From: Patescibacteria group bacterium
GTDB lineage: Bacteria > Patescibacteriota > Patescibacteriia > Patescibacteriales > UBA12465
Length of the DNA stretch: 54,470 nt
NCBI GenBank assembly: GCA_041651355.1
Contig: JBAZJK010000002.1
Coordinates: 1-54,470 of the forward strand
Direction: 5' to 3'
Under the pieces are notes generated by a model. The model was not told the DNA's origin. It searched no databases and saw only the letters and a list, made by a program, of their open reading frames with translations. Shown in pieces: positions 18,650 through 28,000 of the stretch. The stretch's first letter is position 1. Every line of letters begins with the position of its first letter. Both the position numbers and the translations under genes were made by a program.

Positions 18650-20523
18650 AACGCGGCCCCCTGAACAATAGATTGCATGCGGCTTGGGAGATTTTTTATA
18701 GGTGTAATTATAGGTGTCCCTATTGTTTTTTCTACGAGAGTTGGGCAGACCGCAGGATAAGCTATAAGCATGTACCAGCTGAGAAATGGATTGAATGCTG
18801 GGACAGAGTTTATGATAGATACGGGAGTGTAAATATCTGTATATCCGGCGGAGAGCCGTTTATCTATCCCGGCTTTATGAAGATAGTCGCCGAGCTGTCC
18901 AAGAGACACGCGCTGACGATTGTGACCAATTTATCATGGGAAACCGAGATATTTGTTAATACAGTATTTCCTCAAAGAGTGGCTATTCATCCGAGTTTGC
19001 ACCCCTTGTTTGCCGATTTAGGAATTTTTAAGAGTAAATTAAGACGCTTAAGAGAGAAGGGATTTGATGCTACGCCGACATGCGTAGGCTATCCTCCCCT
19101 ATTGAAAAAAGCCTTAGATATTAAGAAAGAATTAGAAAACGATAGATTTGGCTTGGTGGTTTCTCCGTTTTCTGGGGTGTACAATGGGATTCTGTATCCC
19201 CAGGGATATACTGATGAGGAGAGGCGTCTTGTAGGCATGCTCTCTGCAGATGACCCTAAGATGAAAAAATACCAGTTGGAAAAAGCTCCTACTAAAGGCA
19301 AATTGTGCAGTGCCGGGCAGGCATATATAAGGGTTCATCCGGATGGTGACATTTTCCGTTGTGCGCATGCTATTAAACCGATGGGCAATATTCTAACTGA
19401 TGATTTTAGCCTTTTGAAAGAACCGCAACCTTGTGAAGCGAATTCCTGTGAATGCGGGAATGAGCTGGTACACATTATCGACGATAAAACGACTAAATCA
19501 GAGAACATTTTAAGCGTTGACTCCTCATTTGTCAGGAAAGAACTAATAGTCGGTGGATACCCCTATCGTTTGCGCGTGGAAATATCTAATGCCTGCAATT
19601 TAAGATGTACGTCTTCAAAAGAGGCTTTCAGCAGATGTCCGCAGTGGGAGATTAACAATGCGGCTCCTGTTTTGATGTCATTTGATTTTTTTAAAAAGAT
19701 TGCGGATGAGACTGGACGGTATCTTACCCATGCCGAACTTTATAATTACGGCGAGCCTTTCATGAATCCCCGCGCCGTTGATATGATACGTTACCTTAAG
19801 CAGATAAATCCAGAGGTTATTATTGAGATGCATACGAACGGGCATTATTTTAAGACTGAGAAGAAAAGAGAAGATATTATCAATTCAGGTTTAGATATTT
19901 TGTCGTTTTCTGTAGACGGTATCACCCAAGAGGTATATGAGAAGTATCGTATCGGCGGGGATTTAGAGACGGTGCTTAGAGCTATCAGGGGAATCTGCGC
20001 TTTGAAAAAATCGATGAATATGCTGAAACCAAGGGTGATTTTTCAATTTATCGTATTTGAGCATAACTTCCATGAAGCGCCGAAGGTCGAAGAATTTGCC
20101 AAAGAGTTAGGGGCGGATGAGGTGGCTTTAAAGACCGATATCTTTAACCTCAGGCCCGAATTGAAGATTTCGCACGCGGATATCTATAGCGCCGTCGTCG
20201 GCCTTCAAAGCAAGGATAGCAGAGACAATTTTTTTAAGAAGGACGAAGATGCCGGCCGTCAGTTTTGCGATTTTCCTTGGGTTTATCCGACTATTCTTGC
20301 GGACGGCCGGGTAGTTATCTGTTGCCGGGATGGGCGTTATGAAAGTCTTGTCGGGGCAATCGGGGGTAGAACTTTAATCCAGGTATGGAATAACGAGGCA
20401 GCCCAGGAATTCCGCAGGAGATTCTTGGAAGAAGATACCAAACCCTACCCCTGTTCTCTATGCGAATGTAGGCCGAAAAATAATAGTATCACTGTGGGTG
20501 AAAAATGCAGTTGCCGGAATTGA
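18646..20523 (+). CDS. Double radical SAM protein (modules B+D); second domain has an atypical CX3CX9C motif
   Basis: CNYRCPYC, GGEPF, CSAGQ, CEANSCEC. Then SNACNLRCTSSKEAFSRC, NYGEP, SVDG, YRIGGD, CDFPW...CC...CSLC. Confidence 0.88.
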   Translation: MKRGPLNNRLHAAWEIFYRCNYRCPYCFFYESWADRRISYKHVPAEKWIECWDRVYDRYGSVNICISGGEPFIYPGFMKIVAELSKRHALTIVTNLSWETEIFVNTVFPQRVAIHPSLHPLFADLGIFKSKLRRLREKGFDATPTCVGYPPLLKKALDIKKELENDRFGLVVSPFSGVYNGILYPQGYTDEERRLVGMLSADDPKMKKYQLEKAPTKGKLCSAGQAYIRVHPDGDIFRCAHAIKPMGNILTDDFSLLKEPQPCEANSCECGNELVHIIDDKTTKSENILSVDSSFVRKELIVGGYPYRLRVEISNACNLRCTSSKEAFSRCPQWEINNAAPVLMSFDFFKKIADETGRYLTHAELYNYGEPFMNPRAVDMIRYLKQINPEVIIEMHTNGHYFKTEKKREDIINSGLDILSFSVDGITQEVYEKYRIGGDLETVLRAIRGICALKKSMNMLKPRVIFQFIVFEHNFHEAPKVEEFAKELGADEVALKTDIFNLRPELKISHADIYSAVVGLQSKDSRDNFFKKDEDAGRQFCDFPWVYPTILADGRVVICCRDGRYESLVGAIGGRTLIQVWNNEAAQEFRRRFLEEDTKPYPCSLCECRPKNNSITVGEKCSCRN

Positions 20524-20542
20524 ATTACAAATTTAAACGATA

Positions 20543-21628
20543 ATGAGGTCCGGGCAATCAGAAAACAAGGCGCTTAACGAAAAAGAATATGTTGCCCGAA
20601 AAGACATTCTGCAATCCGGTCCTAGCAACATAATTTTATGCTCAACTTATAAATGTAATATGAGTTGTATTTTTTGCTTGGGGAGAGGTCAAGACCCCGA
20701 TTTCAACTGCGATATTTATAAAAAAATTTTCGAAAATAAATTACGCCGGTTTTTAGAAAATGCTACGGATATCTGTTTTACGGGATGGGGAGAATTCCTA
20801 TTATGGCCCGGGGCAGCGGACTTCTTAGGTTATCTTAACGAGCATTTCCCCGAAGCAAACAAGATTCTTACCACTAACGGCACCCCCTTGTCGGAAGCCA
20901 TGGCGAGCAAGATGATAATCGGAAATTATACGGTACAGGTCTCCTTACATACATCTGATGCGCTTATCCATAGGTCGCTTACGCAGTCTGATTTTTTTGA
21001 GCAGATTGTCATGAATCTGGACAATTTGATTCTGCTAAGAAACGAGAACAGTTGCCATTCAAAATTATGGATAGTCTTGATGTTCCTTGTAACCTCATTA
21101 AATATTGAAAATTTACCTGATTTTGTGGATTTTGCAGGATTGCGCGGGGTAAACGAGGTATTTTGTAACTATATAACTATTTTTTTGCCTGAGCAGATTG
21201 GGTTGTCATGTTTTTTCTCGCCCCAGAACACTAACCGGATATTTGATGAAGCGCAAAAGAGGGCTCAAAGATATAATATGCGTTTAAATCTGCCTCCTCG
21301 GTTTGGCCTAACAGACGGCATGCAGCGAGAAAGCGTATGCCAAGACCCCTGGAACACTGTTTTTATAGACGGGTTAGGGAATATCCACCCCTGCTGTTTT
21401 TCCGGCAGACCTATAGGCAATATTAACATGGATGATTTTGGGGCGATATGGAATGGAGAAAATTACAGGGAATTGCGCAATTGTTTAACCGAGAATAGGT
21501 CACATGAAAGATGTAAAAATTGCTATAAGTTTTCTCCGGTAAACGTTAACGATATAAAGTCACACGTTACCTTTCGCGACATTCGCGCCAAAGAAGATAT
21601 TTTTAGAAGATTAAACCTAGAAGCTTAA
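20543..21628 (+). CDS. Radical SAM/SPASM-domain protein (module A)
   Basis: CNMSCIFC, GWGE, TTNG, SLHTS, LSCFF, LPPRFG, CQDPW...PCC...CKNC. Confidence 0.9.
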   Translation: MRSGQSENKALNEKEYVARKDILQSGPSNIILCSTYKCNMSCIFCLGRGQDPDFNCDIYKKIFENKLRRFLENATDICFTGWGEFLLWPGAADFLGYLNEHFPEANKILTTNGTPLSEAMASKMIIGNYTVQVSLHTSDALIHRSLTQSDFFEQIVMNLDNLILLRNENSCHSKLWIVLMFLVTSLNIENLPDFVDFAGLRGVNEVFCNYITIFLPEQIGLSCFFSPQNTNRIFDEAQKRAQRYNMRLNLPPRFGLTDGMQRESVCQDPWNTVFIDGLGNIHPCCFSGRPIGNINMDDFGAIWNGENYRELRNCLTENRSHERCKNCYKFSPVNVNDIKSHVTFRDIRAKEDIFRRLNLEA

Positions 21629-21648
21629 TTTTAATATAAGAGTTAAAG

Positions 21649-22833
21649 TTGAAAAAGGCACCCCCCATAGATTTATATAAGATGCTTAATGGCAGAGAGA
21701 TAAAATTTGATTGTTGTTATTTCAATGGTGCCAAGCCATGTCAATTCAGCTCCGTATGTAATAGTTGCGATTCCTATCGCCCAATGGGGAAAAGAATACT
21801 GGTTATAAAACTAGCTTCTGCGGGAGATGTTTTAAGGACTACAGCTTTATTGCCTGCTTTAAAAGTGAAATTCCCGGACAGTTATGTAACCTGGCTTACT
21901 AAAGAACCTGCCAATGAGCTATTAGAATTAAGCCCTTATATAGACCGTATCCTTACATACGGGTTAGAATCCGCAACTTTGCTACAGGTTGAAAGCTTCG
22001 ATCTGGTTATTTCTTTGGATAAGGCTTCCGAGGCAGCCTCTCTGGCCGAACTAGTTAAAGCGGCAGCGAAGTGCGGATACGGCTTAAATGAAAAAGGGAA
22101 AATCTACCCTTTTAACAAAAAAGCCGAATACTCTTTCCTGCTTGGTTTAGATAATGAATTGAAGTTTTCCATCAATAAAAAAACTTATCAGGAGATTATG
22201 TTTGAGGCGGTCGGGTTGCCTTATAATAATGAACGATACGAATTAAGACTAGGCCCCCGGGAATTAGATTTTGCAGCGGAATTTTTTAAAAGACAAAATC
22301 TCAGTAGCAGCGATTTTATAATTGGGATAAATACAGGGGCAGGGAAAATCTTCGCCAATAAAAGTTTGAAGCCGGCGAGGATAGTCGAATTAATAGGCTT
22401 GCTATATGAACGGTTGAATACGAATATAAAGATATTATTATTAGGGGGCCCCCTTGAAAAAGATATTAATGGAACCATATTAAAAAAATTGACAGATCAT
22501 AAAATAATAGATAGCGGTCATGAAAATACTATCCGTGAATTCTGCTCTTTGGTTAATCTTTGTTCCGCCGTTATCAGCGCTGATACCCTGGCGTTGCATA
22601 TAGCCGTCGCCCTTAATAAGGCAGCCATAGCGTTGTTCGGTCCTACCTGCCCCCAAGAGATAGACCTCTATAACCGCGGCCGCAAAATAATTACAAAATC
22701 AGAATGCGCCCCTTGCTATAAGAATATATGCGATAAGAACGTCACATGCATGGACAGGATAGACCTTAATGAAGTTGTGGGAGCGATAAAAGAGTTGGAG
22801 CCGATTTGTTCTAAAGGCCATGAGAGATATTGA
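21649..22833 (+). CDS. GT9 family glycosyltransferase (ADP-heptose heptosyltransferase-like) with Cys-rich N- and C-termini
   Basis: RILVIKLASAGDVLRTT, IGINTGAG, ADTLALHIAVA, LFGPT. TTG start as given; the true start may be the downstream ATG. Confidence 0.85.
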   Translation: MKKAPPIDLYKMLNGREIKFDCCYFNGAKPCQFSSVCNSCDSYRPMGKRILVIKLASAGDVLRTTALLPALKVKFPDSYVTWLTKEPANELLELSPYIDRILTYGLESATLLQVESFDLVISLDKASEAASLAELVKAAAKCGYGLNEKGKIYPFNKKAEYSFLLGLDNELKFSINKKTYQEIMFEAVGLPYNNERYELRLGPRELDFAAEFFKRQNLSSSDFIIGINTGAGKIFANKSLKPARIVELIGLLYERLNTNIKILLLGGPLEKDINGTILKKLTDHKIIDSGHENTIREFCSLVNLCSAVISADTLALHIAVALNKAAIALFGPTCPQEIDLYNRGRKIITKSECAPCYKNICDKNVTCMDRIDLNEVVGAIKELEPICSKGHERY

Positions 22834-23743
22834 GATATCAGTGGTTATGCCGGTAAAAAACGGAGAAAAGCGCCTCGCAACGGTATTGGACTCCGTATTT
22901 GCTCAGGAGATTGATGTCGGATTTGAGGTTATCATTGTGGATTCGGGATCAAATGATACCAGCCTAGAGATAATAAAAAAATATCCGGTTGAGGTCTACC
23001 ATATTCCCGAGCATAAATTCAACCATGGGCTTACGCGTAATTATCTTATATCCAAAAGCCGAGGGGAGTTTATAGTTTTGCTTACCCAGGATGCCGTACC
23101 CCGCGATAATTATTGGATGAAAAAGCTCGTAGATGAACTAAAACAGGATAGCATGGTAGCCGGGGTTTATTCCAGACAGATTCCTCACCGCGATGCGAGC
23201 ATAATTACCCGCATGAGGTCGCAAAGATTTTATGCAGCTTCCGGGGAGAGAAGAGAGAGTTGTATTAGAACGCGGGGGGATTACGACAATCTATCTGCGA
23301 ACCAAAAACACAAATTCTGTAACTTTGAAAACGTCTCTTCCTGCATCAGGAAAGCAGTCTGGAAAAAGTATCCCTTTCCCAAAACAGACTTTGCCGAAGA
23401 CCTGCTCTGGTCAAAAACAGTTTTAGAAAACGGCTTTAAGGTTATCTATAAGCCGGAATCCGTGGTTTATCATTCACACGATTTTTCAGCATGGGGATGG
23501 TATAGAAGGAATCTTATAAATTATAGCGCCCTCCACGCAATTTTTGGGATGAATACAGCAGAGAGTTTGCGTAAATTGCCAAAAATATTTTTCTTTTATG
23601 CACTAAGAGATTTATGCCAGCTTATTAAGGAAGGAGGGTGCCCCAGGAATATCATTTCAAATATCCACCTAATTCCTATTTTTTCCTTCACGGGGGTACT
23701 AGGGCAGCACTTAGGTATAAAAAATTCTAAGCGTCGAAGGTGA
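22820..23743 (+). CDS. GT2 glycosyltransferase (rhamnosyltransferase-like)
   Basis: ISVVMPVKNG, VDSGSND, FNHGLTRN, LLTQDAVP, FAED, VYHSH. Confidence 0.88.
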   Translation: MRDIEISVVMPVKNGEKRLATVLDSVFAQEIDVGFEVIIVDSGSNDTSLEIIKKYPVEVYHIPEHKFNHGLTRNYLISKSRGEFIVLLTQDAVPRDNYWMKKLVDELKQDSMVAGVYSRQIPHRDASIITRMRSQRFYAASGERRESCIRTRGDYDNLSANQKHKFCNFENVSSCIRKAVWKKYPFPKTDFAEDLLWSKTVLENGFKVIYKPESVVYHSHDFSAWGWYRRNLINYSALHAIFGMNTAESLRKLPKIFFFYALRDLCQLIKEGGCPRNIISNIHLIPIFSFTGVLGQHLGIKNSKRRR

Positions 23744-23750
23744 CTCTCGT

Positions 23751-25115
23751 ATGAAGATATTGCAGGTAGTACATAGTTTGCCTTTTCTAACTCAGGCGGG
23801 CACGGAGATATATGCATACGAGCTGTCTCTGCGCCTGGCCGGAAAGCACGAAGTTTATTTATTCTCCAGAAAATCTGATATCAGGCAAGAGGAGTACCTG
23901 GTTACAGATAAGAAACACAATCAGGTGAGCATCTGTCTGCTGAATAATACGTTTAGAGAATGCACGTCATTCGAATATTATTATGCCAATAAGAAGATAG
24001 ACATTCAATTTGCGCTTTTTCTCGATAAGGTCAAACCAGATATAGTGCATATTCACCACCTTATATTTTTATCGGTGGGCATGATACAGGAAATAAATAA
24101 AAGGAAGATACCCGTTGTTTTTACGCTACACGATTATTGGCTCATGTGTCCGGGCTGGCACCTTTTAAAAAAAGACTGCCGTCCATGCACAAAGGCTCAA
24201 TATGGAAAGTTCGATGAGGAATGCATAATTTGTTTAAATGATTTACTTGCTGTCAAAAAAACAGCCAAGAGGACCTATCTTATTATTAGAAGTATTACCC
24301 CGAAGTTTCTTTCCGATTATCTCAGAAGAAAATACTTTCAATTCATACCAAGGATGCCTGGCGATAACGCCGCCTTGATTAGGCTCGAGGAACGGCGCCA
24401 CAAAATTCGCGGTCTCTTGGATAGGATAGACATGTTTATCGTTCCTTCGAGGTACGCAAGGGATAGATTTATGGAGTTTGGCATTTCGCAGAGAAGAATG
24501 AGAATATTGTCCTCCGGAGTGGATGCCGGACTGTTTGAGGTAACAGATAAAATTCCTAGCAGGAAACTCAGGTTTGGTTTTATCGGTACTCTCCTGCCGG
24601 CAAAAGGGATTCATGTTTTACTTGAGGCTTTCCATAAAGTTAAAGGCGAGGCAGAATTGAAGATTTACGGGAAGTTAAAACAATATATCGGCTTTGAATA
24701 TTATTTACCGTATTTAAAAAGAATAGCAAAGGATAAGAGAATAAGGTTTATGGGAGAATTTAAGCATGCAGAGTCCCAAAAAATTTTTAAAGAATTGGAT
24801 GTATTAGCGGTTCCTTCCATCTGGAATGAAAATGCACCCCTGGTTATACAGGAAGCCTTTGCTTCCAAGACTCCCGTGATTGCGTCTAGAATCGGCGGAA
24901 TACCCGAATTGGTTTCTGACGGCGTGGATGGGATATTGTTTCAACCCGGAGATATAGAAGGCCTCTATCATAAAATGCAATTATTGGTGTCTCAGCCGGA
25001 TATAATAGATAAGCTAAAGAGAAACATATCGCAGGTAAAGAACATATCTGACCACGCGAAAGAGATAGAAGAAATTTACAGCGGTTTATTAACTGCCAAG
25101 AGTTATTTATCATAA
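23751..25115 (+). CDS. GT4 glycosyltransferase
   Basis: MKILQVVH, GTEIY, PDIVHIHH, TLHDYW, KGIHVLLEAF, PSIWNENAPLVIQEAFASKTPVIASRIGGIPE. Confidence 0.92.
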   Translation: MKILQVVHSLPFLTQAGTEIYAYELSLRLAGKHEVYLFSRKSDIRQEEYLVTDKKHNQVSICLLNNTFRECTSFEYYYANKKIDIQFALFLDKVKPDIVHIHHLIFLSVGMIQEINKRKIPVVFTLHDYWLMCPGWHLLKKDCRPCTKAQYGKFDEECIICLNDLLAVKKTAKRTYLIIRSITPKFLSDYLRRKYFQFIPRMPGDNAALIRLEERRHKIRGLLDRIDMFIVPSRYARDRFMEFGISQRRMRILSSGVDAGLFEVTDKIPSRKLRFGFIGTLLPAKGIHVLLEAFHKVKGEAELKIYGKLKQYIGFEYYLPYLKRIAKDKRIRFMGEFKHAESQKIFKELDVLAVPSIWNENAPLVIQEAFASKTPVIASRIGGIPELVSDGVDGILFQPGDIEGLYHKMQLLVSQPDIIDKLKRNISQVKNISDHAKEIEEIYSGLLTAKSYLS

Positions 25116-25163
25116 AGCCATTCAATTTAGATTAAAGATGCCGTTAACCCTCAGTTTTTCAAG

Positions 25164-26855
25164 ATGCGAAATAAAACAGTAGTTGCTATCCTGCTATCAT
25201 TATTTTTGTTCCATGCCGTCTGTAATTATTTTTGGATAAAAAAAGATTACTTTTCTTTTTCTCCCGAAAAATTTACGACGCTTTCTTTTGAACACGAACT
25301 ATACCTCCGATTGCAAAAAAAGACAGACAATTTAAAAAACTTTTTGAATAAATGTAAAGGCATAATAGAATTTACTTTTGAGGCTAAGCGCTCCCAATTC
25401 AAAATTATTCCTCTCTACACGGCGGTCTTTAACTATTATTTTGGGGAGAATATCACTAACGCCGTTTTTTCCAATATCCCCTTTCTTTTGCTTGCTATCT
25501 TATTTGTTTTTTTATTAGGCAGAGACCTTTTTTCAAGGGAAGCCGGTTTATTGGCAAGTTTTATAATTTCTTTTTATCCGAGTTTTTTCGGAGCCTCACG
25601 CGGCTACGGAGTTGATTTTGCCGAGATAGCCATAGTGGCAATGACATTTTATTTTTTGGTAAAAGCAGCTAATTCTGTAACGATGAAGGATTTAGCCACC
25701 TTCGTCGTTATGTTTTCGGTCGCTGTTCTTGTTACCCCACGGGCAGCAGTTTTTTTAATAGGCCCGCTATTTTATTTAATATATAAAGTCATACAAAAAA
25801 AATCCTCCATGCATATTTTGAAAATTCTGGTTGTTTTTGTTTTCCCGCTGATAATCACATCCCTATGGTGGTTCCCCAGGAAGGATCTATGGTGGTGCGT
25901 GGCTCCTCAAGTCTATATTTCACGCCTATCAGGACTTTTTAAACTACCGTTGGCGGATACCTTTTCTTATGTCGTAAAGAATTATTTTATTAGAGCAGCA
26001 GGGCATATCTCGCTGCTATTCACTTTGGCTTTTATTGTTGCTTTGCTTTTTTTTGCAATGATGAAAATGCGCCGCAGAGCAATCTTGACCATATTTTTGT
26101 TAACCCCCTGCCTCGTTCTGCCGTTTTTTATTAATAATTTTAACAGATACTTTTTCCCGCTTTTTATCGGATTCGCCTTGGTGACTGCAGCGTGGTTAGC
26201 GGGGATAAAAAGGCGGGCCGTGAAATATGCTTCTATTTTTTTGATAATTTTGCTATCTACCTTGCAATTTTTTGACTTATCTTTTGGAAGCCATTTCCTT
26301 CCTTACCCGCTCAGAAAGGCCAATAAGGCGGTAGAAGATTCCATACCTGAATATGAAGACTGGGCCCGTCCTCCAGATTTCTACGATGAAGGGATAGCTG
26401 CGCAGCGCTTCTTTGATAACGTATACGCCTATAAAGAAGGTAACCTTCAGGATACAAGAGTTCTTTTAACGGGGAGGTGTTTTGACATCAAAAGAGGGGT
26501 ATTCGAGTATGTATTTTTTGTTAGGTCTAACAGGGATATGATTAAAAGCTTATCTATCTGTAGTGTGCCTGATTATGAAGATTATGATTTCCTGATTGTG
26601 ATGACATATAGGCCGCAGAGCGATGTTGATTGCGATACCCCAGATGTGGAATTTTTCAAATGGTTTGATTGCAGGAAACAATTTGTTCTCTATCGTCATT
26701 GTCCCGGCCCGCTTCATTTTTCCGCTTCTAAGAGAGAGCAGATGTGTGAGTTTTTCAAAAGGGCGCCGGTATTAGATTACCATATAGGGAAAAAATACGC
26801 ATATTATCTATGCATAAATCCTAAGATGAAAAGCAAAAAAGACGCTAGCCGATGA
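25164..26855 (+). CDS. Polytopic membrane protein, ArnT/PMT-like (GT-C fold) glycosyltransferase
   Basis: About 10-11 hydrophobic segments. LGRDLFSREAGLLASFIISFYPSFF and NRYFFPL match ArnT-like patterns. Soluble C-terminal domain. Confidence 0.72.
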   Translation: MRNKTVVAILLSLFLFHAVCNYFWIKKDYFSFSPEKFTTLSFEHELYLRLQKKTDNLKNFLNKCKGIIEFTFEAKRSQFKIIPLYTAVFNYYFGENITNAVFSNIPFLLLAILFVFLLGRDLFSREAGLLASFIISFYPSFFGASRGYGVDFAEIAIVAMTFYFLVKAANSVTMKDLATFVVMFSVAVLVTPRAAVFLIGPLFYLIYKVIQKKSSMHILKILVVFVFPLIITSLWWFPRKDLWWCVAPQVYISRLSGLFKLPLADTFSYVVKNYFIRAAGHISLLFTLAFIVALLFFAMMKMRRRAILTIFLLTPCLVLPFFINNFNRYFFPLFIGFALVTAAWLAGIKRRAVKYASIFLIILLSTLQFFDLSFGSHFLPYPLRKANKAVEDSIPEYEDWARPPDFYDEGIAAQRFFDNVYAYKEGNLQDTRVLLTGRCFDIKRGVFEYVFFVRSNRDMIKSLSICSVPDYEDYDFLIVMTYRPQSDVDCDTPDVEFFKWFDCRKQFVLYRHCPGPLHFSASKREQMCEFFKRAPVLDYHIGKKYAYYLCINPKMKSKKDASR

Positions 26856-28000
26856 AGAGGGTCTTGATAAGCAACATTTTTAGCTACATTATATTATCTC
26901 TGGTGCTGCTGGGAGGATCCCTGTATTTTTTATATAGAGCCGATACCGGCATCAAGAGAACGCCGTGGATTAAAACAGAAAATACGGCGTTCATCAAGGA
27001 AGGCAAACCTTTTAGGTTCATTGGGGCAAATGCCGTAAATATTGTTTTTTATGATGATTGGGGCCTAGATATCGAAAAAGCCATACGTGCTTCCAGGAAA
27101 AATAACATTTCTGTCTTAAGGATCTATCTGGATTGGGGATGGGCCAAGGACGAGGATATCGATAGAATTATAGATATATCCCGGAGGAACCGCACCCACC
27201 TTATATTAACATTAACCGATTGTTGTTGCAGCGGCGATCACGCTAGTTTAGAAAAATATTTTTATGTACATGCCCCCTTTTGCAACCTGACTAATAAACA
27301 ATGTATTTTAGCTTTTAAGAGGAGGATTAAGCAGATAATTACCAGGAGAAATTCCGTAAACGGCATAATTTATCGCGATGACCCGACAATATTAGCTTGG
27401 GAGATTGCGAATGAATTGGAATATCGAAGGTTTTCTCATGGCGAAGTAAAACATTGGATAGAGGAGATATCGAACTATATCAAATCATTGGATGGGAGGC
27501 ATCTTTTAACCATCGGCTTATCGATTGGCGAGTCCGATCTTAAGAATTACCCTCGGTTACCCCAGTTATTCGATGCCTTTAATATTGATTTTTTTTCGGT
27601 CCATTTCTATGCCTCTTCCCGTCAACAGGGGGAGCCCGTATATAGACTAAAGGATAATTATCCAGAGCAGCTCAGGTCCCTGGTAGATGCTTTTCTTATG
27701 ATTGGCAAGCCGGTTATAATCGGTGAATTCGGCCTAAGTGATTCGGGGGATTTCAATTATAAGATGAGAAAAGATCCCCAATCCAAGAGCCGGTATAGTT
27801 TAGTATTTAAAGAAGCCATGGATGCCGCTTTTTCAGCAGGGGCTTCAGGAGTAATGTTCTGGGGGTGGGGCATTCCGGAGGAGGAATGCGTTCCCATGTG
27901 GTGGAATAATGAAAGCCACAATCAGGACGATAAAGAGTTCTGTTTTTTGTTAAGAAATTACGTTATGCCGCAGACCAAATATTATAATGGCAGACCATAA
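26852..28000 (+). CDS. Glycoside hydrolase family 5 (beta-mannanase/cellulase-like) with N-terminal membrane anchor
   Basis: GKPFRFIGAN, VLRI, YRDDPTILAWEIANE (acid/base Glu), SVHFY, KPVIIGEFG (nucleophile Glu), GVMFW. Confidence 0.9.
   Translation: MKRVLISNIFSYIILSLVLLGGSLYFLYRADTGIKRTPWIKTENTAFIKEGKPFRFIGANAVNIVFYDDWGLDIEKAIRASRKNNISVLRIYLDWGWAKDEDIDRIIDISRRNRTHLILTLTDCCCSGDHASLEKYFYVHAPFCNLTNKQCILAFKRRIKQIITRRNSVNGIIYRDDPTILAWEIANELEYRRFSHGEVKHWIEEISNYIKSLDGRHLLTIGLSIGESDLKNYPRLPQLFDAFNIDFFSVHFYASSRQQGEPVYRLKDNYPEQLRSLVDAFLMIGKPVIIGEFGLSDSGDFNYKMRKDPQSKSRYSLVFKEAMDAAFSAGASGVMFWGWGIPEEECVPMWWNNESHNQDDKEFCFLLRNYVMPQTKYYNGRP

Noticed and set aside
5440-21628. RiPP (ranthipeptide/sactipeptide) cluster interpretation of the SPASM enzymes
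   Set aside because: Intergenic gaps are too small for precursor peptides. No PqqD/RRE domain, peptidase or peptide exporter was recognised, and the context is glycosyltransferases.
26327-26334. GGCGGTAG, resembling the RfaH ops core
   Set aside because: It lies inside a coding region, lacks the downstream nnTG of the consensus, and an 8-mer match can occur by chance.
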